NCBI GenBank assembly: GCA_043228905.1
Contig: JBHGNT010000020.1
Span: forward strand, 7,750,001-7,814,000
Reading direction: 5' to 3'
DNA length: 64,000 nt
From: Azolla caroliniana
Taxonomy: Eukaryota > Plantae > Polypodiophyta
Positions 46,177-59,127 of the stretch are shown piece after piece. The position numbers and the translations under genes were made by a program. The notes under the pieces were generated by a model. That model did no database searches. It was given only the letters and a program-made list of their open reading frames with translations, and had not been told where the DNA came from. Numbering within the stretch: position 1 is the first letter of the stretch; each line of letters opens with the position of its first letter.

Positions 46177-49100
46177 TGTAAATGTTAAGGTGTTGAAGTG
46201 TTAGACAGAACTAGCTCAACTGGATAGCAACAATGAATAAGATGAAGGTTTAATAGAGAAGCTTAACACACATAGAATATACACGGGAGAGACAGAGAGA
46301 GCAGAACGTAAACGTCAATTCTAAATAATAAAAACACTCTGTACATACAATGTGCTATAACAACACTATTTATACAAGTCCATAAAGGACTGATCGAAGT
46401 ACTGACAGGTACTTCAATATTCCTACATGCAACTGACACTAACTACGAGACCATGATTACCTAGTAGTCTAGGCTACTACTAGGCTTCTGATTCGCACTC
46501 GAATCCATCTCCTCGATCCAGCACTTGTTTCTGAATACCGATCCGGCTCAGGCTTATTCAGCAAATTTGGATCCAGTTGAGCTTGCTCACTCAACACTCC
46601 CCCTCAAGCTCAACTTGAGGTCGGATCGTGGTGTTAGTGTCCGTGGCAGCCGATTCTTCTAGCCTTCTCCTTCTAGCGTCACTCCGCCTTGCTCACGCTC
46701 CTCGTCCGGTCCGGTCCTGTTTGCCGCGACCCTTCTGGTTCTGCGCACCTCGACCTCCTCGGCCGGCGTGTCTGCTCAATAGTCCCATTTCAGCTCCATC
46801 GCTATTGCGACTTCGGTGCTTGTGTACCAGTCAGTTCCTTCGTGTCGGCGTCGACTTCCACTGCATCCATGTCCGCTTGGGCTTTAGTTGATTCGGCTTC
46901 TCTGAACCCAACTGTTGAAGCGAATCCGTTGTCTTCGATTCGTTACCGCTCTTGTCCAAGTCAGTGTTCTCCAACTCGTCTTCCGGTACCAGGCCCTTCA
47001 CCACATCAGACCATGTCCGGGTCTTGGCCTTCTCCTTCCGGTCGGCTCTGTCCTTCTTGATTCTGTCGCCTCTACCACTCGTTCCGACTTGTTCGAATGT
47101 GCCGACTTCCTTCGTCGACTCGGCTTCCTTTTTCCTCTTGTCTCCCCCTTTGTTGGTTCTTCCCTTTACGGTTCCTCGTCTGTTGCCGTCAGCAGTTTCC
47201 TAGCCTTTGCCCATTATGGCACCGGTTTCTTTGCTTGTGCCCGTTCTCCCCCTCAACTGCGGCACGTCGAGATGCTAAACACCAAGCATTTCGGTGAAGT
47301 GTTGCACCTTGCCGATTCGAGCAGTTTGGTGAAGATGTTGGCAACCTGCCGATCCGTCTGAACATACCAAAGTTCGACTTCGCCACTCAAGATTCGATCA
47401 CGCATGAAGTGATAATGCACTTCTATGTGCTTTGTACGAGCATGGAATATGGGGTTCTTGGTGAGCTATATGTTTCTTATGTTGTCGAAGTAGATTAGGA
47501 TCGGGTATGACACCTCGATCCGGAGATCTCGCAGCAGTCGCCGAAGCCAGATGGATTCCCCGGTATTCAGCCTCAGTTCTCAACAGAGCCACTATTGGCT
47601 GTTTTTTGCTGCTCCATGCAATAGTTGCACTACCAAGGGAAAACTCTACCCGGAGGTGGATCGGCGATGTGATGCATCACCAGCCCAATCACCATCTGTG
47701 TATCCGACTATCTCTTCAGTTATATCGTGCCGGTATAACAGTCCCCGGTCCTTCATGCCACTCACATATCACAATATTCGATGCACGCATTGAAGGTGCT
47801 CCACGGTTGGCTTTTGCATGAATTGGTTGATCACACCGACCAGATAACTGATGTTGGGTCATGTGATTGTCAAGTATATCAGGCTTTCGACTATTTGTCA
47901 GAACTGTTTCTCATCGCAGGCCGGTCCGGAGTTGGGACAGACCTTCTAGTTCCAGTCCAGGAGTGTGGAGATAGGTTGGCATTTCGTCATGCCGAACTTG
48001 ACCAGCATATTCAACACATAGTGTCGTTGTGAGAGCAATATGTCGTCGGGGGTTCGGATCACCTCGATCCCAAGGAAATAATGAAGGTCCCCCTGGTCCT
48101 TCATCTCAAATGCGTCCGACAGTTGGGCCTTGATATGGCCGATTTCATTGAGTCCGGGTCCAGTATTGACTAAATCATCTACATAAAGTAAGATGGAAAC
48201 CGGACCGTCCGGACCCCATCTTACACAACCGGTGCATGATCTTCGCATTCCAAGCTCAAGGAATCTTGTTTCAAACCGTAAAGTGACTTCTTAAGCCAGC
48301 ACACTACCGAATTGTTCATCTCCGATTGAAAACCGGGAGGTTGGATCATATAGACCCGTTCTTCAAGGTCACCTTGAAGAAACGCATTCTTCACGTCCAT
48401 CTAGTCAAGATGCCACCACCTTGCCGCAACAATCACCAGTACCACATGAACCTTCATCATCTTCACTACCGGAGCGAAGGTCTCGTCGTAGTCGATTTCG
48501 TGGGTTTGTGCGTATCCCTTCGCCACTAGCCGGACCCTGTACCGGTTAACCAAACCGTTGGCATTGTACTTTACCTTGTACACCCATTTGCAACCGATCG
48601 GTTTACAATGTCGGGGAGGGTAAACGAGGTCCCATTTCTTCTTCCATAGCGGCACGCCAATTTGCATCCTTTGCCGCTTCTGCATAGCTCTCCGGCTCAC
48701 GCACTTCCGCCACTTTGGACATGTACGCATAGTGATGCACCATGTACTCATTGTACCCATACCGGGTAACGGGGTTCTCCGATTGAGTGGTCCTTGACCC
48801 ACTCGCGTGGTTTTCTTCAATTATCAGGATCGATTGCAAGTTAAAGAAAGTCAGTGACTTCTCCCGGGTGCAGAGCGCTGTTCGGATTGGCCCGTACCTT
48901 TGCGTTAGACCACTAAGGCAGATTTGTACCATCTCGTCTTCGTCCACCGTCACGTTGATGGACCCAAGTGCATCACAAATCTCCTTTACTTTGTTGGTGT
49001 AATCTGTAACTGACATGTCTATTTGTCGGATGTTGTTCAGCTCTTGTCGGAGCTGCAACTTACGGGCTGTGGTACTAGCGGCGAATATCTTCTTCAGATT

Positions 49101-49912
49101 TCCCTAAGCCTCCTTCGACGTTTTTGCATCTTTATGTAGGCGAGCATCTGGTCCTGCACATAGGACGCGAGGCAGTACAATACTTAGCTCACTCCTTGCT
49201 CCCATACCAGGAAGTCCTCGTGTGCCGGCTCTTGCGCTACCTCATTCGCTCCTTCCACGAAGCTCCAATATCCATGCCCCAGTAGGTACTGGTGCATCTT
49301 GTATGACAAGGACGCGTAGTTGCTCCAGTTGAGCTTCTCTATTGGAAGTGAACTTGCCATTCCTCTGCCCATATCTTCTCTCTGTTTGTTGTTACTGGGT
49401 TCTAGGATTCGTCTACGAAAGCAGTGTCGGTTGCGGAGGTTCTCAACCTTCGCGCTCTAATACCATGTAAATGTTAAGCTACGGAAGCGTTAGACAGAAC
49501 CGGCTCAGGCAGATAGGAACAATGAATAAGATGAAGGTTTAATGGAGAAGCTTAACACACAAAGAGTATACACGGGAGAGACACAAAGAGTAGAACGTAA
49601 ACGTCGATTCAAAATAATAAAAACACTATGTACATACAATGTGCGATAACAAGACTATTTATACAAGTCCATAAAGGACTAACAAGTACTTCAATATTCC
49701 TACGTGCGACTGACACTAACTATGAGACCATGATGACCTACTAGTCTAGGCTACCACTAGGATTCCGATTTGCACTCGAATCTGGCTCTCTGATCTGTCT
49801 CCCCGATCCAGCCAGTTGTATCTGGATACCGATTCGGCTCTTGTTTCTAGATACCAATCCAGCTTGGGCTTATTCAGCCGATCCGGATCCGGTTGACCTT
49901 GCTTGCTCAACA
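46177..49912 (-). mobile_element. Internally deleted Ty1/copia element E (relative of B/C)
   Basis: LTRs 46177-46596 and 49466-49912; TSD ctcat (46172-46176, 49913-49917); PBS 49465-49454; gag joined to the pre-RT region near 48780 (no PR or INT). Confidence 0.92.
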
Positions 49913-51975
49913 CTCATGTATGTGATGAGACAGTCGACTTCGTGTTGTTAGAGGAGGATAAACTCACGGTGATAGGTGATGTACATAGGTTGGAGGCATT
50001 TTCCCTGGTTGTGTAGGTGTAGGGTTCAAGATTTAATCAATCAGAACTCCGACATATTTTATATGCCGCTTTTTCAAAGGAAGTGGCCAACATCCTTGAC
50101 ATTCAATTTATGTCAAGAGGATGTTACCATGTGGAATTGGCAGATGAGGAGCTTGTCAACAAGCTTTTAGTGATTAAAGAAGCGGGTGTGGAAGGTGCAC
50201 GGATTTCCTTTCACAAATGGTCGCTTAATGTTAAGGTGGATGACATTTTGCAGGACCAGGAATCTAGCATGGTTTTTACGTTAGTATTCCCTGGTCTGAG
50301 GAAGGAGTGGAGGAATGTTCTTCCTCGCATTGGGGCTTTGCTAGGTAAAGACATTGCTACGCGCGATGGATAGGCTTCTGGGACAAATAGAGTGGGTGGG
50401 GTTCTAGCAGTTCGGTTGATCGCACCAAGAAATGTTCGGTTGCCTATAACTATATCTTTACCTAATTTAACTTTTTAATAAACCTCCGGTGCTGCAAAAG
50501 GTGTATTATCAAGGTTTGCTTGATCAATGTTTTGTGTGCTATCAATTTGGTCATTTAGGTCGAGATTGTCAGAAGCGACATCCGAATGTAGAAGCCCATA
50601 TACCCAATCGAGAAGTTGTTAGTAATGATGGTTGGTCTACGGTTTCAACTAATACAGTGATTAATCCAGTCTTATTACTTGAAGCTAACCCTTATCACTC
50701 TTTGTAGGAACTGGAAAAGGATGCGAGTAATTTTTAAATGGATAGTGGACTTTCCCCATCTGTTTGTACAAAGGAACATCGTGTGGCACATAAGTCCAAG
50801 GACATACTTTCGTAGGTACAATCTTCGGAATCTGTTAATAAAGTTAATCATCATTTTTCAAATGTAGGTAGGACGAAGGAAGAGACGATGTAGTAGATAG
50901 GAAAAGAACAGGTCGCGTATTGTGCGAACAGCGTGACCACAAAAACAGGTGATCCCAACACGAGCAGGAGTTTGACTGTAGACCAGCCTCTTACTTCATC
51001 TGCGGCTGGATTACATACGCAAGCAGGGGAGTTCAATGCACCCCCCCAATTTTTGCCTCATCTCAATGATGAGACAATCGACCTAGTGTTATCGGAGGAG
51101 GATCGAGCTTTAGTTTTGGGCGAGGTACAAAGGTTGGAGCCTTACAGTTCCTTGGTAGTGCAGGTACAAGGTTTGAGATTAAATCGTTCGGAACTTCAGC
51201 ATACTTTGTACGTGGCTTTCTTGGAGGAAGCAGATAACGTAATCAATAAACAATTCATGTCTCGAGGATGTTACGATGTGGAATTTCCAAGCAAGGAGGC
51301 CGTCACAAGGCTACTAGCAATTAAGGAGGCGGATGTGGAAGTTTGGTCATTTAGGTAGAGATTGTCAGAAGCGTCAGCCGAATGGTGAAGCACATTCACC
51401 TACTCAACCGAATGTTAATAATGAGGGTTGGTCTAGAGTTGCTGCTAAACATGTTTTTAAACCGACTCGTAAGTTGGTTAATCCAGATTATTACTTGAAG
51501 TTAACCCTTATCACTCTTTGCAGGAAGTGGAAAAGGAGGTGGGGATTAGTCAAGTGGATGGCGGTTTTTCCCTCCCAATTTTCACAAAGGAGCAACATAA
51601 TTCGCAAGCCACATTTTCGAAGGTACAAGACATTGTATCTAATCTGTTTTTAAGGCCAATAATCAATTTAGTAACGATAAACAACTATTTTTAGATCAAG
51701 TACAACAAATTGATAGATTCATAGCTTTGGAAGAGTTTAAAAATAAATAAATGAAGTGGTCAAGGTTGACCTGACCTTACACATGTTGGCATGAATTGTG
51801 GCAATATAGTTGCTAAGTCGTCCGATAGGGTTTCTATTATAAGTTGACTAGGAAAGACATAAGTTGACTAGGAAAGACATTTGGTCAAATAAGAGACAAT
51901 TATGGGCCTCGGAGGATGGAAGGAAGGGTAGAGATGTTGCACTTGCTGAAAGGAGAGTAGGAGTGCAAAACATGA

Positions 51976-54900
51976 ATGATGGACAGGTTAAATATTATTT
52001 CATGGAATGTAGGGGACTTGGGAGGCAAACATTATCATAAAGTAAGGAGTGTTTTCCGATGTCAATTAAGGAAGTCTTTGATAGGTAGGATTGATGTTCT
52101 TCTTATTCAAGAGCATCATTTAAATGAACAAAGGATACAAAAATATGGAAATTTGTTGCCAAGCCAGTGGAGACAGTTCTAGGTGCCTGCAACTGGGGAT
52201 AATAATCTGAAGGTAGGACTTTGCATTGCAATAAATGACATTTGGTGTTCTGGTTTCTTACATTACGGAGTCTTGACTTGTGGTAGAGGTCATTATGTAA
52301 TTCTTCAAATTGGTTTGAAAAAATGGGGATTGTTGAATATATATGCACCGAATCATACCAAAGATAGAACAATATTTTGGAAGAGCCTAATGGCACAATT
52401 ACCGGTTGTTGACCACTAGGCAATTGCGGGTGATTTTAATATGTTGGAGGATGGGTGTGATAGGTTAGGAAGCACATTACAAACAATATCTAGTTTAGAA
52501 CTATATGAATGGGAAGGTTTAATTTTTTCGTTAGGTTTATTGGACTTGTGGCATGTGTCTTCTTTTGCAAGGATACATGATTCCTTAGAGTATTCAAGAT
52601 CAGATAGAAGACAACCACATACGAATTTGTCTAGGTTAGATAGATTCTATGCTGATAAGTTTTTATGGGACAAAGGAGGTTCCATTGGAATCATACCTTC
52701 ATTGTCTTTTTCTAATCATGCACCTCTTTAGTTAGTTATAGTCTTGCAGGAGCATTATAAGGACTCTAGGTTTAGATTTCCGAATCATGTGTTTCTTAGC
52801 CTAGATTGTGCTCCTACTATGCATAATATTTGGAATAAGAATGACTACTCCTATGATTATTCATTATCTAGTGTCCAGAAGGATATTATTGAAACACAAC
52901 AATTTTTTAACGGTAAGGCTAAACAAGTATTTTATGCATTTTTGACTAAAATAGGTAGGCTTCGTAGGGGATTGAAATCCCTGCAACATTTGCAAGAGAG
53001 AATACCATATTCGAGTTATATAAGTTCTCGAGTGGTACAAGTAGGGAATCAAATATTGGACTTAGAAAAGATTTCTGTTGATTTTAATTATCACAATATA
53101 TCATCCATATGGGCATAATCGGGACACAAAGTCAATAAGTTGTTCTTTGCAGTGCATAATCATCATAAGTCATCGGCTAGGATTTCTAGATTAAAATGTC
53201 CTGATGGCTCCTATACCACTGATCCTAGTCAGATGCAGCAAATAGCCTCTGATTATTATGAGGCTTTGTTAAAAGTTAGACCCTTTTCTGAGACTGATTT
53301 GGTTAAGAGGGACATCATATGGTCTAGGATTCATAATAGGGTGTCTGTACAACTTTTAGGTTGTCTTTTGCAACCATTAAGTCCTCAAGAGGTTTTTAAA
53401 GCATTAAAAGCCCTTGCAAAGGATGTTTTTCCGGGTTTGGATGGGCCACAAGAATGGAAGGAGGGTTTATTCTATATGATTCCTAAAACAAATGGGCAGT
53501 TAGAAGAGCTTAGCCATTGGAGACCAATCACCTTGTTAAATGTTATTTATAAGATATTTGCAAAAACGATAGCTAGACGGTTACAACCTTATCTTTCGGA
53601 GTTGATTCATGATACCCATACTGGTTTTTGCAAGAGTGAAGTATTTTTTATAATATTATTCTCTTTTGGGAAATGCTGACCTTTGCTAAATTGTAGAAGC
53701 AAGATCTGGCAGTGTTATTTCTTGATTTTGAAAAAGCTTACGACAGAGTGGACTAGGATTTTATGGAGGGAACACTTTTCCGGATGGGTTTCCCAAGCAT
53801 ATGGATAAGAGGAGTACCATCATTATATCATAATACAAATACTTCTCTCTTATTTGCAGGGGACATTGGTAGGCGGTTTTCTATTTCAAGATTTGTATGG
53901 CAAGGATGTCCACTTGCTCCTTTCTTGTTTTTGCTAGTATCTGAAGCATTTTTTGTACATTTAAATTCTCAATATGTAAATGTTAGAGGTTTAGTACTAC
54001 CAGTGGCAAATGTTGGTCTGGATAGCGAATTCGCTGATGATACAGCTTTATATGTTCAGGCCTCACATTGTAATTTGTTACAGGTGCAAAGGGTCGTGGA
54101 TGATTTCTCAGATGCATCGGGTGCATTGATAAATTGGGATAAAGCATCAGGTTTTTGGGTTGCTTTGGAGATCCGCCCGTTAATGTACCTTCCTTAGGAT
54201 TCACGTGGATACCTCAAGGTCAGTCCATTAGGTATCTAGGTTGTTGAGTGGGTGTGGGATTAAAGACAGAAGATATGATTGTGCCCTTATTGTTAAGATT
54301 AAGGAATAAACTAGTATATTGGAATAAGGAAAAAGTATCCTTAGCTGGACGTGTAGTTGTAGCTAAGTCAGTGCTTCTGTCCTCGATTTGGTATATAGCA
54401 TCTACATGGTTGTTTTCTAGGTCAATAATGTTGAAAGTTCAACGTTTAGTAAGAAATTTTATTTGGGAGAACAATAGGTTAGACAAGTTTGTAACAAAGG
54501 CAGCTTGGTCTGTTTTGATACAATCTAAACAAAAAGGAGGTTTGATTGATCCATTTATGCAAACTAAAGCCTTACTTATCAAACATGTTGTTAGGAGTTT
54601 GTTGCTGGAGAGTCCTGAGTTATGGAAAAAGCTATGGATTCAGCATTTACATAAGGTCAAGCCTTCAGTAGGTGGTCAATGGAATGATATTCTTAGATGG
54701 TTTTTTAATGCAGATTTTCAGCTACCTAAGTCCAATGTTGGATCATTACATTTCTTCAATGGAATTTTTCGGGCATGGGAAAGTCTTTGGCAAGCACTTA
54801 GTTTTCTTGCCACCAAAAAGCTATCATCAATTTCTGCGTCAACCATTGACATGGAATCCTTTATTTACTGATGAAGCTGCATGTGTTTTGGGTTTACGCC

Positions 54901-56220
54901 CTAGGTTATCATGGGCTGCAATGGACAGTGGCCCAGCTCGTACGGTTGCGGATTGGATGAAGTTTATGCAATCTTCTACGCAGGATCAAAGGAATAGGTT
55001 ATCTAACTTAAGAGGGGCTAAGATCATGTTATTGCAATTGTCCACGATGTATCACGTCACAGTGCCAAAATTGCAATTCGATCATTTTCAAAGTTGGTAT
55101 GGTGTGTTCTCGACAATCAATATACTCATAGGAGCTCGGTTATATCATCAAAATGGCAGCCTCTATTTTTATGAAGTTCTGGACAATGGTAGGTTGATAC
55201 TAGTGGATGAGGAGTATCCAATCATGTCCGTTGCGAAGCAATTGCTAGTGCGAGTAATTGCTAGATTAGATAAATATATATATATCGATCCTAGTCAACT
55301 AATTGCTAATTTCTCATCTCATATTTGGGTGTTGGACTCTAGGCCAATTGATGACCTGCAATGGGATCCATCAAATTATGGTTGGAAATTGTCCATGTTT
55401 GACTCTTCGATTAAGGTCCCTTTTTTCACGTATTCGGTGGTGTTTGGAAGGAATTTTATGTTGAAGCAGACCGAGTCGATACCTGCTCAAAAAAAGAATT
55501 GGGAGGAAGCTAATATCTCATCTTCTCATATGGGGATGTTTTGGAAATAGTTTTGGTCAATTAAATGCATGAATAAGATATTGCATTTTCGGTGGTTGAT
55601 GATTCATTATGCATTTCCAATAGGTTATTTGTTGAGGGGAGCGGTGAGTAATCGGTTGTGTATTATGTGTGGGTTTGCGGCTGAGACATTGCATCATGTA
55701 TTTTGGGAATGTGTTGCTGCAAAAAAAAATTGTTGTCGAATTCTTAGGCTTCTAGGTTTTAAGTATAGGTCGGCTCTTTTCACGTGGGGTGGAGTCTTCT
55801 GGGGAATGTTGGATACACAAAGGGCTTTTTATCATTATCATCACTCTTCCTTGTCTTTACATATAAGAAGTTTTCACGTATATTCTACTTCAAGCTCCTT
55901 GTAGGGAATCAAGTTCCTCTCGTGGAGTTATGTTTGGCAAATTGTCTCCTCGTTGGCTCTATGGGTTCTTTTGAAAGCTAGGTGTTGTAAGTTATACAAT
56001 GATTAAGGCACTCACGTTGTGGACCATGTAAAGTCTTTTTGGAACTTATTGGTACATACAATTAAAGGTGATTATGACAAATCTATTCGAAAAAGAAGGA
56101 GAATTTGACAAGTGTGGTCAGCTATTCCTATAATGTTAGATGCAAGCGCTGAGGTTAGGTGGAACTATGCACCACCTCGTTGGTTGTTCCCACCATTGAC
56201 ACCATTCTTACTGCACACAA
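51976..56220 (+). pseudogene. LINE ORF2: APE endonuclease, RT, zf-RVT
   Basis: ISWNVG, LIQEH, NIYAPN, GDFN, SRLDRFY, SNH; WRPITLLN, LDFEKAYD, QGCPLAP, FADD; CIMC..ETLHHVFWEC; many stops and frameshifts. Confidence 0.92.
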
Positions 56221-56279
56221 CATGAGTCAACATGGAGGAGGTGGTTGTAGCATGTAGGAAGGGTCTTTTAATGTACAAG

Positions 56280-57450
56280 GTGTTGATGATAATCGAAGAT
56301 AGTCAAATGGTGGATGTGGACTTGAGGATGAGGGATGATGTTGTGGGTACTGAAGTAGTGTAGTATAAGAAGGTAGGAATTTTTTTTGACTCAATTTTGG
56401 CTGCTAGTATAGGATTCCAACCGTATTCGGCAAAATTCCTATGATATTCGGAGATAGTGAGATGGTGGATGTGGACATGAGGAAGTTGGTTTTCTATTTT
56501 TGTGATCAGGATGAGCGATGTTGGTGTGGGGGCTGAAGCAGATTATTATGAGAAGGTGAGAAATATTTTTCCACTCATTTTTTGGCTATTAGTATAGGAT
56601 TTTCGAGGTAATCAGCGATATGGCAAGAAATTCAACGAGATGCTTCCTTCAGAAGTGGGCTGACTTATGAAGATGTTATGGTTCTCATAGGTTGAGGCAT
56701 GATGGCGATGGGGTATGAAGTATATTTGTTATGTCAAACGTATGCGTGGTGATGGTGTGAGGGTTGTTGCAGATCATGAGGGGATGAGGAAACATTTTTC
56801 ACTTATTTTTTGTTATTTGCACAAGACCTTGGTGGATTTTAGCGGTAATAGGCAGGAATCCTGAGATAATTGGAGATAGCGAGATGGTGGATGGGGACAC
56901 GAGGAAGCTAGTTGTCTATTTTTGTGATCAGGATGAGTGATGTTGGTGTGGGGGCAGAAGCAGATTATTATGAGAAGGTGATGAATTCTTTTTCACTCAT
57001 TTTTGGCTGCCAGTACAGGATCGTGGTAATCGGTGTGATGGGAAGAGGGTCAACGAGATGCTCCAGATATGGACTGAGTTAAGAAGATATTATGGTTCTC
57101 ATAGGTTGTGGGATGATGGCAATGGGGTTTGCAACATGTTTGTCATGACGAGAAGATGAGTGGTGTTGGTGTGAGGGCTGAAGAAGGTCATGAGGGGATG
57201 AGGAATCATTTTTCACTTATTTTGTTGTTATTTGCACAGGACATTGGTGGTATTCGGCGAGATGGTTGATGTGGACTGAATGAAGAAACTTGTCTGTTTT
57301 TAGGAGTGATGATGGTGGGGGGGACCGAAGCAGATCATGAGGGGATGAGAATCACACTAGACTCATTTTGTTGGTAGTAAGTGGCGAGATGGTTGATGTG
57401 GACCGAATGAAGCATAATTTTGTTTACTATTAAGGTTGAGTGAAGATGGT
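56280..57450. repeat. Diverged tandem repeats downstream of LINE ORF2 (~420-bp period, built of shorter subunits)
   Basis: ggagatag(t/c)gagatggtggatg...gaagcagattattatgagaaggtga blocks at ~56444 and ~56865, with shorter related units around them. Confidence 0.75.
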
Positions 57451-58314
57451 GTGAGGTGAGGAGGACATAGTTCATCTTGTTTTATAGGGAGATTAATTAC
57501 AAGTACATTTTCAATTTTCGTGGAGATGAAGGACATGGTCATTTTCATACGGGAGATGATAGATGGAGGGGGGCTATCAAAGGCAGTCCATCACGTTTTA
57601 CCCCAAGCGTCAAGTGCATCATGAACTACTTTTGTGTCTTCAACTGCTATGTACCAAACATTTGTCCAATAGCATCACCTAGTGGACAGCCAAGTGATGG
57701 TGAACAACTTCAGTATATGTGGAACTAAATGCAAACAGGGAGTTTTTAGACTACTAGCCAGGGTGGACAACCAGGGTATGTTGTCTAGGATTACCACCAA
57801 GATATGTAAAGATATGTATTCTCTTGGACCGCAAGAATTTGTTTATATGTTGAGAATGGGTCTTGTTGGCAAAGGCTGAGTGAGTTTTCATGGATATAAA
57901 TAGCCTTATCTTGCCAAATGCCATCGTTTATATTTGGTCCTTTTTATGATAGTTACTTGTGGAGTGGAAACTATTATGTACAATTTGTAGATTGCCTTTG
58001 GCATTGTTAATTTTAATACCAATGGAGTATAGTTTTTATGGAAAAAAAAGAGTTAATCATCAACTTAATAAGGGTAAACATCATGTTTTTTATAATGTAC
58101 AACAATATGATATGCCCCTACTCCTAACTGACATTCAACACACTGAAGTGGGCAAGGTAGACCTTGCACATGTTGACATGGATTGTGAAGCTATAGTTGC
58201 TTTCACTTCAACGGATAGGTCTTCTGATAGGGTTCATACAGTAAATATGGAAAGAACTTTTGTCTAATAAGAGACAATTCCAGGCCTCAGAGGATGGAAG
58301 AAAGGGTAGAGATT

Positions 58315-59127
58315 TGTATGGAATAGCACCCAGCCAAAAAACCGAGACTCGGACACTTAATGAAAGAACAAAAACAGAAATGGAGGTTAATACACTTACA
58401 CAGAAGAGATGAGGCGGGATGTTTACGTGGAAAACCCTAATAGGGAAAAACCACGGGAGCCCACAGACTCCAACTATCACTATATGAGAAAGGAGGTACA
58501 ACAGGATACTCAAAGGCAACAACATCGAGCTCTATGTCTTCGCCAACCGGCGGTTACAACATAAACTCATTCTGTATCTCTCTCTCTCTCTCTCTCTATG
58601 TGTGTGTGTGTGTGTACAACACAATGATGATAACTAACTCATTCAAAATGATTGCCCTAAGTCACATTTATACTTATATGACTTTAGGACTATTTACAAG
58701 TATAGCCTTTACAGGCACACCATAAACATATTTGTAGATATGTCCCTAGATTCGGATCACACCGGATCAATCCGTATACCTTCCGGTCCGGTCCGGTTGC
58801 TGCTTCGGTCCGGTTCCATCCTTCGACTCATCCGATCCGGCTCCTCCGGTTCTCATCCAGATCCCATCCAGAGGAACCGAATTCCCAACAAACTCTCGCT
58901 TCTCTCTGGCATGGGATGTCTTGTCAATCCAATCTATCTCCGGTATGTGTCCAGTTTGTCGGTTGATAGCACCTTGGTCAGCATATCCGACCCGTTCTCC
59001 TCCGTGTGGATCTTCGTCAGCATGAAGTCTTTATCTTCTACCTTCTCCCGGAGCCAATGATATCTTCTCTAGATGTGCTTGGTCCAACAGTGGTAGGCCG
59101 CATTCTCTGCAAGGTGGATGGCACTTT
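58315..59127 (-). mobile_element. 3' LTR and RNase H end of an older Tnt1/Tork-like copia
   Basis: LTR 58315-58890 (tgt..aca) related to 59128-59860; followed by PPT and RNase H end (SAIHLAEN..GSDMLTK); inserted into a LINE spacer remnant (58266-58314 resembles 51888-51938). Confidence 0.75.

Larger units (their letters stand above)
45985..56220 (+). mobile_element. Degenerate L1-clade LINE with two ORF1-like copies and ORF2; interrupted by copia E
   Basis: ORF1 copies at 45985-46176 plus 49918-50850 (knuckle CFVCYQFGHLGRDC) and at 50870-51700; ORF2 from 51976. Confidence 0.85.

Noticed and set aside
57500-58260. Possible coding remnant
   Set aside because: No recognisable motif; probably decayed LINE sequence, but not supportable.
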